Shown: positions 49,038-60,257, counted from the stretch's first letter. The stretch is 64,000 nt of DNA from Obrimoposthia wandeli (GCA_977020255.1 CDROCS010002422.1:62001-126000); one strand, 5' to 3'. Notes: generated from the sequence alone by a model not told the origin. Program-made: numbers and translations.

Positions 49038-49913
49038 TTAAACTGCTCGCATCCCCTCAATTTTATGCCAATAGCCATTACATTCTTGCGATCTATCCAA
49101 CGCTATTGGATGACCTCCTAGCTCATTCGCTTGGTATTGTTCAAGCAACTCTAGGGTCGACTCTGATTGCGGGCTTAATCGCACCACATCAACAATCCCC
49201 TGCATTGATTTTAGCTCATTAATTAAATTATATTTTAGGCCTGACTGGGTTTGTACGCCGTTGATGACGAACAGCTGATTATCGTCTTGGCTGTTTACAA
49301 TTCGCCCTTGTGGGTAATCAATACAGCACAGTTTACAATCATCTTTTGAGCGGTTTTCAGACCGAGCGGTAAAGCAGCGGGCTGAATATGCCAGTGGCAT
49401 GTTGCCATAGGCGAAGACTTCTACTTCAAAATCTTGCCTTTTGTTTTGTAATATAGGATCAGTGACGATTTTAACTAGCCAATCGCGAGATAGCTCAACC
49501 GGCATAGTCCAACGTTTTAGCCCTTTTTCAATAAACAAGGCGAGCGTCTGGGGGTTGTAGCAGTTGACTGCTGGGCCAATACAAAAGTTTGCACCTTGTT
49601 CTGACAGTACCTGTACTGCTGCTAAATCATTGGCTTCTACCATGAATTCCTGCTGGTCGCAGTAACGTTTTAACATGGTTAAATCTGAGGGTGTTTCTAA
49701 TAAAGTCATGGTAGAAATACACACTTCTTTACCCGCATCTTGCAGCATTTTAGCGATATCAAACCAGTCTTGAGTTTTTAATTCTCGACGTTTAGCGCAC
49801 ACTGTTTCGCCTAAATACACGATATCAATGTTCGATAAAGCTACACGTTTGTAAAAATCTTCTACTCGTTGTTTTGGCCAATAATATTGGATTGGTCCTA
49901 AAGCGTATTTCAT
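49038..49913 (-). CDS. ubiV: Anaerobic ubiquinone biosynthesis U32 protein
   Basis: MKYALGP..YYW, VYLGETVC.KRR, PLAYSARCFTAR. Confidence 0.93.
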   Translation of the reverse strand: MKYALGPIQYYWPKQRVEDFYKRVALSNIDIVYLGETVCAKRRELKTQDWFDIAKMLQDAGKEVCISTMTLLETPSDLTMLKRYCDQQEFMVEANDLAAVQVLSEQGANFCIGPAVNCYNPQTLALFIEKGLKRWTMPVELSRDWLVKIVTDPILQNKRQDFEVEVFAYGNMPLAYSARCFTARSENRSKDDCKLCCIDYPQGRIVNSQDDNQLFVINGVQTQSGLKYNLINELKSMQGIVDVVRLSPQSESTLELLEQYQANELGGHPIALDRSQECNGYWHKIEGMRAV

Positions 49914-49941
49914 CTCAATATGTTCCTGGGCTGATTAGGGG

Positions 49942-50937
49942 TTACTTCCACTTCTTATGGTATGCACCTAACGTTGTTTGGCTTCCTTCAGATAAATGGC
50001 TCAAGCATTGCTCAGTTGCTGGCGAAGGTTTAAAGCTGTCGGGTGCTGCCCGGCAGTTGTCTATTGCCTCTCGCCATTGCTTAGTCACTTGAGAGACATA
50101 ACTAGGGCTGCGTTGCCTACCTTCTATCTTTAAAGCACTAATACCCATTGCCATTAACTCAGGCAACATCGACATACTATTTAGGCTCGTGGGTTCCTCA
50201 AGCACATGAAACCGCTCACTATCTACATCAAATCGGCCTTTGCATAAAGTGGGGTACCCCGCCTTTTCATCATCGGCAAACTTATCAATTAAAATGCCAT
50301 TTAGGTGGGTTTCTAACCCCGAGCTAGTCTCTTTGTATTCAACAAACTTGGCAGGAGAGCACGCCCCCGCAGTATTGGGCGATTCACCGGTTAAATATGA
50401 AGATAAATAACAGCGCCCTTCAGCCATAATGCATAAACTACCAAAGGCAAACACTTCTATCTCTACCGGGCTTTGTTTCACTAACTGGCGCACTTGGTGT
50501 ATCGATAACACTCTGGGTAACACCACTCTTTTGACATTAAAGTTATCGACGTAAAACTGGATAGCAGCAGCATTAGTAATAGAGGCTTGGACCGAGGCAT
50601 GAATTTCTACATCGGGATACTGTTTATGGCAGTAATCTAAGACGGCCAAATCAGCAATTATTAAGACATCAGCCCCTATCGCCACTGCTTTATCAACAGC
50701 TGCCTGCCACCGCAATATCCCATCGGGGTGTGCAAAAGTATTTATAGCGACATGCAATCTACGCTGGTGTTGTCGTATATATGCAACGCCTTGTTGCAAT
50801 TGCCGATCGTTAAAATTCAAACCGGCAAAATGTCTTGCATTCGTATCATCTTTAAAGCCGATATAAACCGCATCGGCACCAGCATCAACTGCTGCTTTTA
50901 AAGAGGATAGGCTACCCGCGGGGCACAGTAGTTCCAT
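49942..50937 (-). CDS. ubiU: Anaerobic ubiquinone biosynthesis U32 protein
   Basis: MELLCPAG, NARHFAGLNF, FGSLCIMAEGRCYLSSY, KIEGRQRSP. Confidence 0.95.
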   Translation of the reverse strand: MELLCPAGSLSSLKAAVDAGADAVYIGFKDDTNARHFAGLNFNDRQLQQGVAYIRQHQRRLHVAINTFAHPDGILRWQAAVDKAVAIGADVLIIADLAVLDYCHKQYPDVEIHASVQASITNAAAIQFYVDNFNVKRVVLPRVLSIHQVRQLVKQSPVEIEVFAFGSLCIMAEGRCYLSSYLTGESPNTAGACSPAKFVEYKETSSGLETHLNGILIDKFADDEKAGYPTLCKGRFDVDSERFHVLEEPTSLNSMSMLPELMAMGISALKIEGRQRSPSYVSQVTKQWREAIDNCRAAPDSFKPSPATEQCLSHLSEGSQTTLGAYHKKWK

Positions 50938-51001
50938 ATCAGTTACCATTGGTGATTAGATTATCTGAGCGCTAATCTAATGGCTTTTTAAAAATAGAAC
51001 C

Positions 51002-51015
51002 TTGATATAGGTTAA
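51002..51015. promoter_or_regulatory. Probable FNR box between ubiU and ubiT
   Basis: TTGAT-N4-GTTAA; ubiTUV are known FNR targets in E. coli. Confidence 0.55.
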
Positions 51016-51169
51016 GTTTAGAAGAGTTTAAACAGATTAAACTAGTCTTCTTTCATATATAGCTCTTTAATGTAGAGATCTATATATCTGTGACAAGCAT
51101 CTGTATAACACACAATGAACTTGGATGATGAAGGCAGGGCCTCGCTCATCTCTATTGAAGAGAACCAAC

Positions 51170-51712
51170 ATGATAAATCTAGCTAGCCATGAATTTATAT
51201 CCAATACTTTACAAAACTCTGTCTATAGCGCGGTCAACAAACTGCCGATAGCAACCAGACAGGCACTTAGGTTCATCCCCAATCGCATGCATACTAAAGC
51301 GCTGGAACTGGCTATTAATAACGTGTTCGAGGTAGCCTTGCTCGATGGTGAGCTAGATTTCTTAACCGATAAGTGGCTTAAAATATCAGTGACAGATATA
51401 GGGACTAGCTGGTTTATTTCTCAACAATATGAAGGGGAAAAGGCAAAGCTTATTGTCAGCCCAAATGCACTGGCTGATGACAGTATTGATGTTTGTATTA
51501 AAGGTAGCTTTAATAATTTTGTATTACTGGCAAGCAATAACGCCGACCCAGATACGCTGTTTTTTAATCGCCAGCTACTGCTGACCGGTAACACTGAACT
51601 AGGCTTAGAAATAAAATCATTACTCGAAAACTTTGAAGCGACTGCCTTTTCCAAGCATTTAAGCAAATTATTACATTGGCACAGCCAGCAAATACTCAAC
51701 GCGCCTAGCTAA
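51170..51712 (+). CDS. ubiT: SCP2-domain ubiquinone accessory factor
   Basis: GELDFL..KWL.I.V.D, DPDTLFFNRQL...GNTELGL. Confidence 0.9.
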   Translation: MINLASHEFISNTLQNSVYSAVNKLPIATRQALRFIPNRMHTKALELAINNVFEVALLDGELDFLTDKWLKISVTDIGTSWFISQQYEGEKAKLIVSPNALADDSIDVCIKGSFNNFVLLASNNADPDTLFFNRQLLLTGNTELGLEIKSLLENFEATAFSKHLSKLLHWHSQQILNAPS

Positions 51713-51854
51713 TTTAAAGGCGTGAGTTTAAGGGCCGACTGAACTGCTCAGTGGCCCCTATAAAATAATCACTTAGTAGCTGTTTTTTATTCGTGATTCT
51801 TTTGACTACTGTCTGTTAACGATCCTCTTCTAGCGCTTATTTTAGCATTAGCGA

Positions 51855-52853
51855 TTACTCAGCCAAGCCTTGTAACTTTTCAATTAATTCACTATTAACT
51901 GCTCTTGGTCCTGTATCCTTGCGTAGCTTATGACGGCGCTGACCTGGAAGGCGAATACCATCTATCGCTTCCAATTTTTCAAACAGTTTCTCAGCATGCT
52001 GTGCCCAGTTATCGCCACCCATAATTTTAGGGTCTATCGCTAAGATAAACTCGCCACCTTGTGGAGGGCCACCATCACCGTTATCACCTTCTTTCGCTTC
52101 AAAGCTAAAGCCTTCACCTACCATTGGCCCCGCCATTAGCTCTACCATCATGGAAATAGCAGAACCTTTGTGGGCACCGAATGGCAGTAATACGCCTTTC
52201 AAGATTTCTTTAGGGTCTTCAGTCAGCTCTCCATCAGGACCTAGGCCAGTACCTAGTGGCACTTGATGACCATCACGTGCGGCTATTTGTACTTCACCCA
52301 TTGCCATCGCGGCGGTTGCCATATCGACCACTAATGGCACTTTGCCAGGCCTTGGCCAGGCAAAAGAAATTGGGTTAGTGCCAAATAACGCTTCTTTACC
52401 ACCAGCGGGCGCCACCATTGGCATGTAAGATACACAGGCGAAACCCACTAAACCTAGCTCAGCAAGTGCTTCTGTTTCTGGCCAAAGAGCAGCGAAATGA
52501 TGTGAATGGGTTAAGCTTAGCGCCGCAATGCCGCACGTTTGTGCCGATTGCGCCAGCATGGCTACGCTGCGCGCAATGGCCAGTGGTGCATGGCCGTTTT
52601 CACCGTGGCAACGTACTAATGCAGGGGTGACTTGTTCAGGTTGTGGATTCGCTTTACCGTTCACTTTGCCGCTGTTAAGCGTTGCAACGTAACCTGGAAT
52701 GCGAAATAAACCGTGAGAAACGGACCCATCACGCTCGGCACGCATGACGGTATCAGCCACGGCATCCGCATTGGCATGATCCGCCCCCGCTTTGGTTAAA
52801 CAGTTAAAGGCTAGTTTGTAAATGTCATCTAAGCTTAGTTGTACTGTGCTCAT
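51855..52853 (-). CDS. Ldh_2-family oxidoreductase, probably Delta1-pyrroline-2-carboxylate reductase (DpkA-like)
   Basis: SHGLFRIPGY, HHFAALWPE, GTNPI.F, LPFGAHKGS; adjacent to a hydroxyproline dehydratase. Confidence 0.75.
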   Translation of the reverse strand: MSTVQLSLDDIYKLAFNCLTKAGADHANADAVADTVMRAERDGSVSHGLFRIPGYVATLNSGKVNGKANPQPEQVTPALVRCHGENGHAPLAIARSVAMLAQSAQTCGIAALSLTHSHHFAALWPETEALAELGLVGFACVSYMPMVAPAGGKEALFGTNPISFAWPRPGKVPLVVDMATAAMAMGEVQIAARDGHQVPLGTGLGPDGELTEDPKEILKGVLLPFGAHKGSAISMMVELMAGPMVGEGFSFEAKEGDNGDGGPPQGGEFILAIDPKIMGGDNWAQHAEKLFEKLEAIDGIRLPGQRRHKLRKDTGPRAVNSELIEKLQGLAE

Positions 52854-53026
52854 GCTTATCCTTATAAAATCGGTGTTGTGTTACTCTCTTCAAAGTCTTT
52901 GCTGTCACAAAAACTTGGGAGCACTCAATAAGTTAGTCGCTAAATAATATGCACTACTCTATCAGTATTAGATGCCATTTTTCTAGCTAATTGCTACTTA
53001 ATTGCGACCTAATTACTGTCTAGTTA

Positions 53027-54079
53027 CTACCTAAAAATAAAGCCGTCTTTCAAGGGATCTTTAGGGTCAATAATAAACTCACATTTAGCTGCAATGTGCG
53101 CACTGCCTGTCACCCTTGGAATGATCGCCGCATGTGGCCCGTACTGAATTTCCCGCTGCACTTGTACTTGAAAGCGCGAATCGAGGATAGAACCAATAGT
53201 GATTGATTCTTCAAGTGCTAGCTCACCTCGTGCATAGTGAATGGCTGCTCGTCCTGATACGCCTGAACCTGTTGGACTGCGATCTACTTCCCCTTCTGCA
53301 AACACGCACACGTTGCGCGAATGTAGCTCAGGGTTATCCATGTTTTCAACGAAAATGCTGCCATATAAGAAGCCTAAATCTTCTTCAAATGGATGCTCAA
53401 TCGCAAACTGCTCGTTCACTGCTTTTTTGATCAATCGTCCAACCCGTATTAGTTCGCCATAATGCGCTTCATCGCACATAAGGCCCACATCAGCGGCATT
53501 GACATACGCATAAAAAGCACCGCCATAGGCTAAATCAAAACGTATATCGCCAAATTCAGGTATTGACACCATCGCGTCTTTTTTTGCCACGAAAGAAGGC
53601 ACACAATCAAAAGTTGTTTCACTCACTTGCCCACTCGCATCACTTTGTGCCCAAGCAACGATTAAACCACAAGGTGCATCAATACGCACTTCGGTGCGCC
53701 CCCCTGTGCGGGGCACTAAACCGGATTCCACCGCGAATTTACTCATGGCGATAATGGCATGCCCACACATGGTTGAGTAACCTTCGTTGTGGATAAAAAT
53801 AGCACCAAAGTGTGAATCGGCCCGTTCAGGCGCTGTCACTAGCACACCGTACATGTCTGCGTGACCGCGCGGTTCAAACATTAAAGCGGTCCGCAAATGA
53901 TCAAAATGCTGCATACAATAACGGCGCTTTTCCAGCACAGTGGAACCCAGTAATTCAGGGAAGCCCTCAGTGATGATACGCAGTGGCTCGCCACCGGTAT
54001 GGCAATCTAAGGTTTTTATGGTTAAAAAGTCAGCACTTGGCTGCCAATTTTGAAAGGCTTTGCTTATTTGTTCGCTCAT
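53027..54079 (-). CDS. Proline racemase family, probable trans-3-hydroxy-L-proline dehydratase
   Basis: HTGGEPLR, MCGH and DRSPTGSG (Cys/Thr catalytic pair, the dehydratase signature). Confidence 0.85.
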   Translation of the reverse strand: MSEQISKAFQNWQPSADFLTIKTLDCHTGGEPLRIITEGFPELLGSTVLEKRRYCMQHFDHLRTALMFEPRGHADMYGVLVTAPERADSHFGAIFIHNEGYSTMCGHAIIAMSKFAVESGLVPRTGGRTEVRIDAPCGLIVAWAQSDASGQVSETTFDCVPSFVAKKDAMVSIPEFGDIRFDLAYGGAFYAYVNAADVGLMCDEAHYGELIRVGRLIKKAVNEQFAIEHPFEEDLGFLYGSIFVENMDNPELHSRNVCVFAEGEVDRSPTGSGVSGRAAIHYARGELALEESITIGSILDSRFQVQVQREIQYGPHAAIIPRVTGSAHIAAKCEFIIDPKDPLKDGFIFR

Positions 54080-54393
54080 GATTATCTCTGACTAGGTGGG
54101 TCGCTTATTTAAATTAGCTTACTGTTAAAATGAGATCTGAATAAGCACAAATGATGAATATCAATTTAGCAAGAATACAGTTTGCGTACAATTAATTTTT
54201 TAGCGAGCAGCTTAAATAACCAACTTATCTTTTTCATCTAAATACGCCGATGCAATGCTGTGATTTCCATCACTATTATTGCCGTAAGCTGCATATGTTT
54301 AGCGATGGCTAATTTACATTCATACAGGTTCGCATGTTAGTTAACGAGTGTGTTAAAATCGCTCTTTTATAGTTTTTCTCGGTATTTCTTTAT

Positions 54394-55032
54394 ATGAATC
54401 AAAGTGCAGAAGTCAAACCTAAACGTCTTTCCAGAAAAATTATAGAGCAGAAAATTTTACTCGCTGCTGAAGATGTTTTTGCGCAATATGGTTATCAAGG
54501 TACTGCAATTAATACCATTGCTGAACTCACTGGCCTCACCAAGCAAAACCTGCTGTATTACTTCCCATCTAAAGAAGTGCTCTATCAAAAAGTATTAGAA
54601 AATATTTTGGATCTTTGGCTAGATAAAATGGCGTTATTAGTCCAACAAGGTGATAGTCCTAAAGCGATGATTGCCAGCTATGTTAGAGGCAAAATGGAGA
54701 TATCACAAAGCCACCCTAACGGTTCAAAAGTTTTCGCCACTGAAATCATTCAGGGAGCCCCGCACTTAAAAGAATACTTAACCAGCCATTTATTACCCCA
54801 GCTTGAAGACGACATTGAGCTGATCAAAATGTGGATTAAAGAGGGCAAAATGGATGCTGTTGACCCTTACCATTTGTTTTTTATGATATGGGCTTCTACG
54901 CAAACTTATGCCGATTTTTCGACTCAAATAGCACTGGCTTTGAACAAAGCTACGATACAGCCACAAGATTTTGAACAAGCTACCTTATTTTTAACTAACT
55001 TAATTGTTAAAGGGCTGGGAATTAAAGAATAG
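54394..55032 (+). CDS. TetR family regulator (RutR-like)
   Basis: ILLAAEDVFA..G..GT..IA..GLTKQNLLYYF; C-terminal VDPYHLFFMIWASTQTYADF. Confidence 0.9.
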   Translation: MNQSAEVKPKRLSRKIIEQKILLAAEDVFAQYGYQGTAINTIAELTGLTKQNLLYYFPSKEVLYQKVLENILDLWLDKMALLVQQGDSPKAMIASYVRGKMEISQSHPNGSKVFATEIIQGAPHLKEYLTSHLLPQLEDDIELIKMWIKEGKMDAVDPYHLFFMIWASTQTYADFSTQIALALNKATIQPQDFEQATLFLTNLIVKGLGIKE

Positions 55033-55215
55033 TACTTGTCTAGAAACGCCCTCTTCGCTTGTGTTGCGTTATCTAAAATGAGCACGACTAGAATGAGCAC
55101 GGCTAAATAGAAGCCGTTTCGTTTTAACGAACAACACCATCTAGCCGTCATCAGCGCGAATTAAGTAAACCTTCGCGCTAACCCTTCATTTGCAAACCAA
55201 CGCTTGCAACTGCGA

Positions 55216-56649
55216 TTATTGCCAATCTGTAATATGTTTCACTTCTAGATAATCCTCTAACCCCCACTTACCCCCTTCACGACCATTACCCGACTGTTTC
55301 ATACCGCCAAAAGGCGCTACGGTGGCGGTATCAATACCGTTAATGCGTACCATGCCAGAGCGCATTTGACGCGCTACTCGCTTAGCTTTTGCGTTATCGG
55401 TGGTTTGAATATAGTTGGTCAATCCGTATGGAGTATCATTCGCAATTTCAATGGCCTGCGCTTCTGTATCAAAAGGTATGATAGCCAATACCGGGCCGAA
55501 TATCTCTTCACGGGCAATCGTCATATCGTTATGCACATCAGCGAATACCGTCGGTTTAACATAGTAACCCGTGCTGATTCCCGCAGGTCGACCGACACCA
55601 CCTGCAATTAAGCTAGCCCCCTCATCTATGCCCTTTTGAATCAGCCCTTGAACTTTTTCGAAATGCTGTTCACTGACTAAAGGCCCAAGATCTGCACTGC
55701 TATCGATAGGTGCCCCTACTGTCACAGCGTTGGCTACTTCTTTTGCACACTGCACTGCTTGATCATAGACAGACCTTTCAACCAGCATTCGTGTCGGTGC
55801 ATTACAAGATTGCCCTGTGTTATCAAAGCACTGCAGTACTCCCCTTTTAACAGCTTGCGTATCGGCGTCTGCAAAAATAATATTTGCCCCCTTACCGCCT
55901 AATTCTAAAGCCACCCGTTTGACGGTTTGGGCGGCAGCTTTGGTTATTAGTACCCCTGCACGCGTTGAGCCGGTAAACGACACCATATCTACATCTGGAT
56001 GCGCGCTAAGATGTGCCCCACTACACTGGCCATCACCATTGATCATATTAAATACTCCTGCAGGTAATCCAGCTGCTTCAACAATTTGTGCGAACACTAT
56101 TGAGGACAACGGAGCTATTTCCGAAGGCTTTAACACTACGCTACAACCTGCAGCCAGTGCCGGCATCACTTTGTGGGTCACTTGATTCATTGGCCAGTTC
56201 CAAGGTGTTATCAAGGCGCATACACCTATCGCATCGTGAATGATTATTTCATCATTAATATCATCACTTATAGGGTGCTCTAGGGAGAACTCACTAAAGG
56301 CGTCAATGACCCCTTGCATATTGTGAATGCCGGATCCTACTTGTGCAGCTTCAGACAGCGCTTTAGGCGCGCCCATTTCCATGGAAATGGCCGCCGCCAT
56401 ATCAGGCGCGCGCCGCTTATATTCAGTCAAAATAGCATTGAGTTTTTCAAGTCGCTCTGCCTTGCTGGTATTTGCCCAAGCAGGTAGTGCCGCTTTTGCC
56501 GCAGCAACCGCACTATCCACATCTACTTTGCTGGCGATTGATATCACAGCACAGCTTTTTTCTGTTGCGGGGTTAATCACCTCTAAATCACAAACTTCAG
56601 CGGGGGCTACCCAAGCGCCGTTAATGAAAAAAGATCTTTTATTTAGCAT
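55216..56649 (-). CDS. Aldehyde dehydrogenase
   Basis: ITPWNWP, FTGST, LELGGK, GQSCNAP, EEIFGPV. Confidence 0.95.
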   Translation of the reverse strand: MLNKRSFFINGAWVAPAEVCDLEVINPATEKSCAVISIASKVDVDSAVAAAKAALPAWANTSKAERLEKLNAILTEYKRRAPDMAAAISMEMGAPKALSEAAQVGSGIHNMQGVIDAFSEFSLEHPISDDINDEIIIHDAIGVCALITPWNWPMNQVTHKVMPALAAGCSVVLKPSEIAPLSSIVFAQIVEAAGLPAGVFNMINGDGQCSGAHLSAHPDVDMVSFTGSTRAGVLITKAAAQTVKRVALELGGKGANIIFADADTQAVKRGVLQCFDNTGQSCNAPTRMLVERSVYDQAVQCAKEVANAVTVGAPIDSSADLGPLVSEQHFEKVQGLIQKGIDEGASLIAGGVGRPAGISTGYYVKPTVFADVHNDMTIAREEIFGPVLAIIPFDTEAQAIEIANDTPYGLTNYIQTTDNAKAKRVARQMRSGMVRINGIDTATVAPFGGMKQSGNGREGGKWGLEDYLEVKHITDWQ

Positions 56650-56852
56650 TTTTTTTATCCTATTATTTAGTTTTATGAACTGCATCAGCTGAGCTATTCA
56701 CGGCTATAAGCTGTCGACTAATTCTGAGTAAACTTATTTACTTTCATTCGATTACAATTCCATATCAAGACAGTATTTGACATAGAACAGGCGCTTTATC
56801 TTTTCATCAATATCTTAACTTTGTCTTGACATCTAGGTTCTTTAAGTTAATT

Positions 56853-56868
56853 ATGTAATCGATTACAT
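56853..56868. promoter_or_regulatory. LacI-family operator
   Basis: Perfect palindrome ATGTAATCGATTACAT upstream of the sugar ABC operon; weaker copy near 56743. Confidence 0.8.
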
Positions 56869-57043
56869 TCTATTCTAATCAATTATCTAACGCAATAAAG
56901 TAAAAATAAAAACGACGAGATAAAACGACTAACATTAGGGCTAGTAATTTTAAATAATTATTAGCTATGAAGCACTTAAGTCTAGTAGCGGTATTTTGTA
57001 AACGACGCTCACATCTCATAATTAGCCTAAATTGGAGAGCAAG

Positions 57044-58273
57044 ATGACGGTATTAAGATCGATTCTATGTGCAGGTGCACTTTTAACTACTCAAGCAACT
57101 TTCGCCACTGACCTTGAGGTAACCCACTGGTGGACTTCTGGTGGAGAATCTGCGGCAGTTGCAGAGTTTGCAAATGCATTTAATGCCACGGGAAACAAAT
57201 GGGTTGATGGAGCAATAGCAGGATCTGGTACCGTTGCTAGGCCAATTATCATCAGCCGTATTATCGGTGGTGATCCGATGCACGCCACTCAATTAAGCCA
57301 CGGGCGCCAAGCTGAAGAGTTAATTGAAGCGGGGCTTATGCAAGAACTAACCGATGTAGCAAAAAGAGAAGGCTGGAGCGATATTATAAATCCTAAGGGC
57401 CTGCTCGATAGCTGTACGGTTGATGGCAAAGTGTATTGTGTTCCGGTGAATATTCATTCGTGGCAGTGGATTTGGCTATCGCACAAAGCTTTTAAAGATG
57501 CGGGGATTGAAGTGCCGACAAACTGGGATCAATTTGTCGCTGCAGCACCCGCACTTGAAGCAGCAGGCAAAGTACCTCTAGCAATGGGCCAACAAGGCTG
57601 GCAAACCAACGGCGCTTTTAACGTTATTAGTGTCGCGGTTGGGGGCTTGCAGTTATGGAAAGATATTAACGTCAATCGCTCTGTAGAAGCCGCGTCAAGC
57701 CCTGCGATGACTAAAGTATTTGTAGCGGCAGATGCCGCACGAAAATTATCAAAAGACAGCAAAGTTAGCGATTGGAACTTAGCCACTGCAATGGTCATTA
57801 ACGGTGAAGCTGGCGGCCAAATAATGGGCGATTGGGCGCAGGGGGAGTTTGCGGTTGCCGGTCAAAAGGCTGGTATCGATTACTCTTGTCTGCCGGGATT
57901 AGGTGTTAATGAGGTTATTTCAACTAACGGAGATGCATTCTACTTTCCTAAAAATGATGACCCGGATGTCACCGCTGCGCAAAAAAAGCTAGCATCGCTG
58001 ATTCTTTCTAAAGAAGTTCAAGTGGCCTTCAACTTGAAAAAGGGATCTTTGCCGGTACGTGGAGATATTGATCTGTCGGATGCCAATGATTGCATGAGAA
58101 AGGGCTTAAGCATTCTCGCTGCAGGCAAAACACTACCTTCGAACTTTCAAGTGTTGTCACCGGATACCACAGGTCAGCTAGAAGATTTATTTGTCGAATT
58201 TTGGAACGACCACTCAATGCAAACCGCTACGGCACAAGCGCGTTTTGTTGAGCTAATCCGCCAGGCCAATTAA
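57044..58273 (+). CDS. Sugar ABC substrate-binding protein
   Basis: Signal peptide, HWWTSGGE.AA, MGDWA.GEF. Confidence 0.9.
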   Translation: MTVLRSILCAGALLTTQATFATDLEVTHWWTSGGESAAVAEFANAFNATGNKWVDGAIAGSGTVARPIIISRIIGGDPMHATQLSHGRQAEELIEAGLMQELTDVAKREGWSDIINPKGLLDSCTVDGKVYCVPVNIHSWQWIWLSHKAFKDAGIEVPTNWDQFVAAAPALEAAGKVPLAMGQQGWQTNGAFNVISVAVGGLQLWKDINVNRSVEAASSPAMTKVFVAADAARKLSKDSKVSDWNLATAMVINGEAGGQIMGDWAQGEFAVAGQKAGIDYSCLPGLGVNEVISTNGDAFYFPKNDDPDVTAAQKKLASLILSKEVQVAFNLKKGSLPVRGDIDLSDANDCMRKGLSILAAGKTLPSNFQVLSPDTTGQLEDLFVEFWNDHSMQTATAQARFVELIRQAN

Positions 58274-58381
58274 ACTCCCATAATAACAACGACCTGCCAA
58301 AAAAAGGCAGGTTGCATTCTCCTAAGTTCGGCGCTAGATCGCAAAATATAGGATAATCATTCACTGCTTTTAGGTCACGCT

Positions 58382-59278
58382 ATGGCTCAAAAAAAACAAC
58401 CCAGTAAGCTATTTAAGAATATCAATTCAAAAGTGGCGGCTCTGCCAATGGTCGCGACAGCCCTTGTTATCTTTATTGGCTGTACACTGTGGACTGTTGT
58501 TTATTCCTTCACCAGCTCGCGTATGTTACCTAAACTGAAATTTATCGGCTTGGATCAATACGAACGGCTGTGGTCTACTTCACGCTGGTTAATTTCGATA
58601 GAGAACTTAGCCATTTATGGCATTCTATCGATTATTATCTGCATCTCATTAGGCTTTTTTTTAGCCACTTTACTCGATCAAAAAATACGTTTTGAAAATA
58701 CTTTTCGCTCAATTATTCTCTTTCCGTTTGCCTTGAGTTACGTCGTGACAGGCTTAGCTTGGCAGTGGATATTAAATCCTGATTTCGGCATCCAATCAAT
58801 CGTGCGTAGTTGGGGCTGGCAGAGCTTTACGTTTGATCCGTTATACAACCCAGACATCGTTATTTACGGCATTTTAATCGCTGGTACTTGGCAGGGGTCA
58901 GGGCTTATTATGGTGTTAATGCTCGCAGGCCTAAGAGGCATAGATGAAGACATTTGGAATGCATCGCGTGTTGATGGTATCCCTAAATGGAAAACCTATA
59001 TTTTTATTGTCATCCCGATGATGAAACCAGTGCTGGCTACCGCATTAGTGATGACCAGTGCTGGCATTGTAAAAATCTATGATTTAGTACTAGCACAAAC
59101 CCAAGGAGGCCCAGGCATAGCTTCGGAAGTCCCGGCAAAGTATGTTATGGATGCCATGTTCAGTAAACAAAATTTAGGCCAGGGCTTCGCCGCTTCTACT
59201 ATGATGCTGCTGTGTGTGTTAATTATTCTGATTCCCTATGCTTACATTCAACTTGGAGGACGCCGTCGTGCTAAATAA
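58382..59278 (+). CDS. Sugar ABC permease
   Basis: EAA-loop-like LRGIDEDIWNASRVDG. Confidence 0.92.
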   Translation: MAQKKQPSKLFKNINSKVAALPMVATALVIFIGCTLWTVVYSFTSSRMLPKLKFIGLDQYERLWSTSRWLISIENLAIYGILSIIICISLGFFLATLLDQKIRFENTFRSIILFPFALSYVVTGLAWQWILNPDFGIQSIVRSWGWQSFTFDPLYNPDIVIYGILIAGTWQGSGLIMVLMLAGLRGIDEDIWNASRVDGIPKWKTYIFIVIPMMKPVLATALVMTSAGIVKIYDLVLAQTQGGPGIASEVPAKYVMDAMFSKQNLGQGFAASTMMLLCVLIILIPYAYIQLGGRRRAK

Positions 59279-60257
59279 CTCAGCCATGGATAAAGTTAAA
59301 AAGACTGCTGAGCTGCCCCTTAAAGATGGCTTTTTGGCTCGTATATTAAAGCGCCAACCAAAAGTACTCGGCGCAGCTCTACACCCTCGCGGCCCTAAAC
59401 CTAGCAATCGTATCAATCCGCGCAACATCATACTTTATGGTACGTTAATTTTAGTTTCATTTTATTATTTGCTACCACTATATGTGATGATCGTTACCTC
59501 ATTAAAAGGCATGCCAGAAATTCGCTTAGGCAATATTTTTGCCCCTCCCGTTGAAGTCACTTTTCAGCCCTGGGTAAAAGCTTGGACCAGCGCCTGCACT
59601 GGCCTCAATTGTGATGGATTAAGTCGTGGTTTTTGGAATTCGGTGTTTATTTTAGTGCCCTCAGTTTTTCTATCGATACTGATTGCTTCCGTCAATGGTT
59701 ATGCCTTGGCAAACTGGAAATTCAAAGGCGCTAATTTCTTTTTCACCGTGTTAATATTTGGTGCTTTTATCCCCTATCAAGTGATGATTTATCCTATTGT
59801 TATTATTCTTCGTGAACTGGGTTTAATGGGTGATCTAGCGGGTTTAGTGTTAGTGCACACCATTTTTGGCATGCCTATATTAACCTTGCTGTTTAGAAAC
59901 TATTTTAGCGCCTTACCTGAAGAACTGTTTAAAGCGGCGCGTATTGATGGCGCAAAGTTTTGGAGCATTTATTTTCGTATCATGCTGCCTATGTCAGTGC
60001 CTATTTTTGTGGTGGCGATGATTTTGCAAGTGACGGGTATTTGGAACGATTTTTTATTTGGTGTGATCTATACCAAACCTGATACCTACCCAATGACCGT
60101 GCAGTTAAACAACATCGTAAACTCTGTACAAGGAGTGAAAGAATACAATGTTAATATGGCAGCCACTTTAATCACTGGGTTAGTACCATTAACTATCTAC
60201 CTTTTAGCAGGTAAATTTTTTGTACGCGGTATTGCCGCGGGAGCGGTTAAAGGATAA
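59268..60257 (+). CDS. Sugar ABC permease
   Basis: LPEELFKAARIDGA, WNDFLFG; start uncertain (GTG 59268 after GGAGGA). Confidence 0.9.
   Translation: MLNNSAMDKVKKTAELPLKDGFLARILKRQPKVLGAALHPRGPKPSNRINPRNIILYGTLILVSFYYLLPLYVMIVTSLKGMPEIRLGNIFAPPVEVTFQPWVKAWTSACTGLNCDGLSRGFWNSVFILVPSVFLSILIASVNGYALANWKFKGANFFFTVLIFGAFIPYQVMIYPIVIILRELGLMGDLAGLVLVHTIFGMPILTLLFRNYFSALPEELFKAARIDGAKFWSIYFRIMLPMSVPIFVVAMILQVTGIWNDFLFGVIYTKPDTYPMTVQLNNIVNSVQGVKEYNVNMAATLITGLVPLTIYLLAGKFFVRGIAAGAVKG

Noticed and set aside
48800-49121. ORFs 48800-49078 and 48936-49121
   Set aside because: Produced by the heptamer repeat (LTTHDSR repeats) and low-complexity DNA, overlapping real genes
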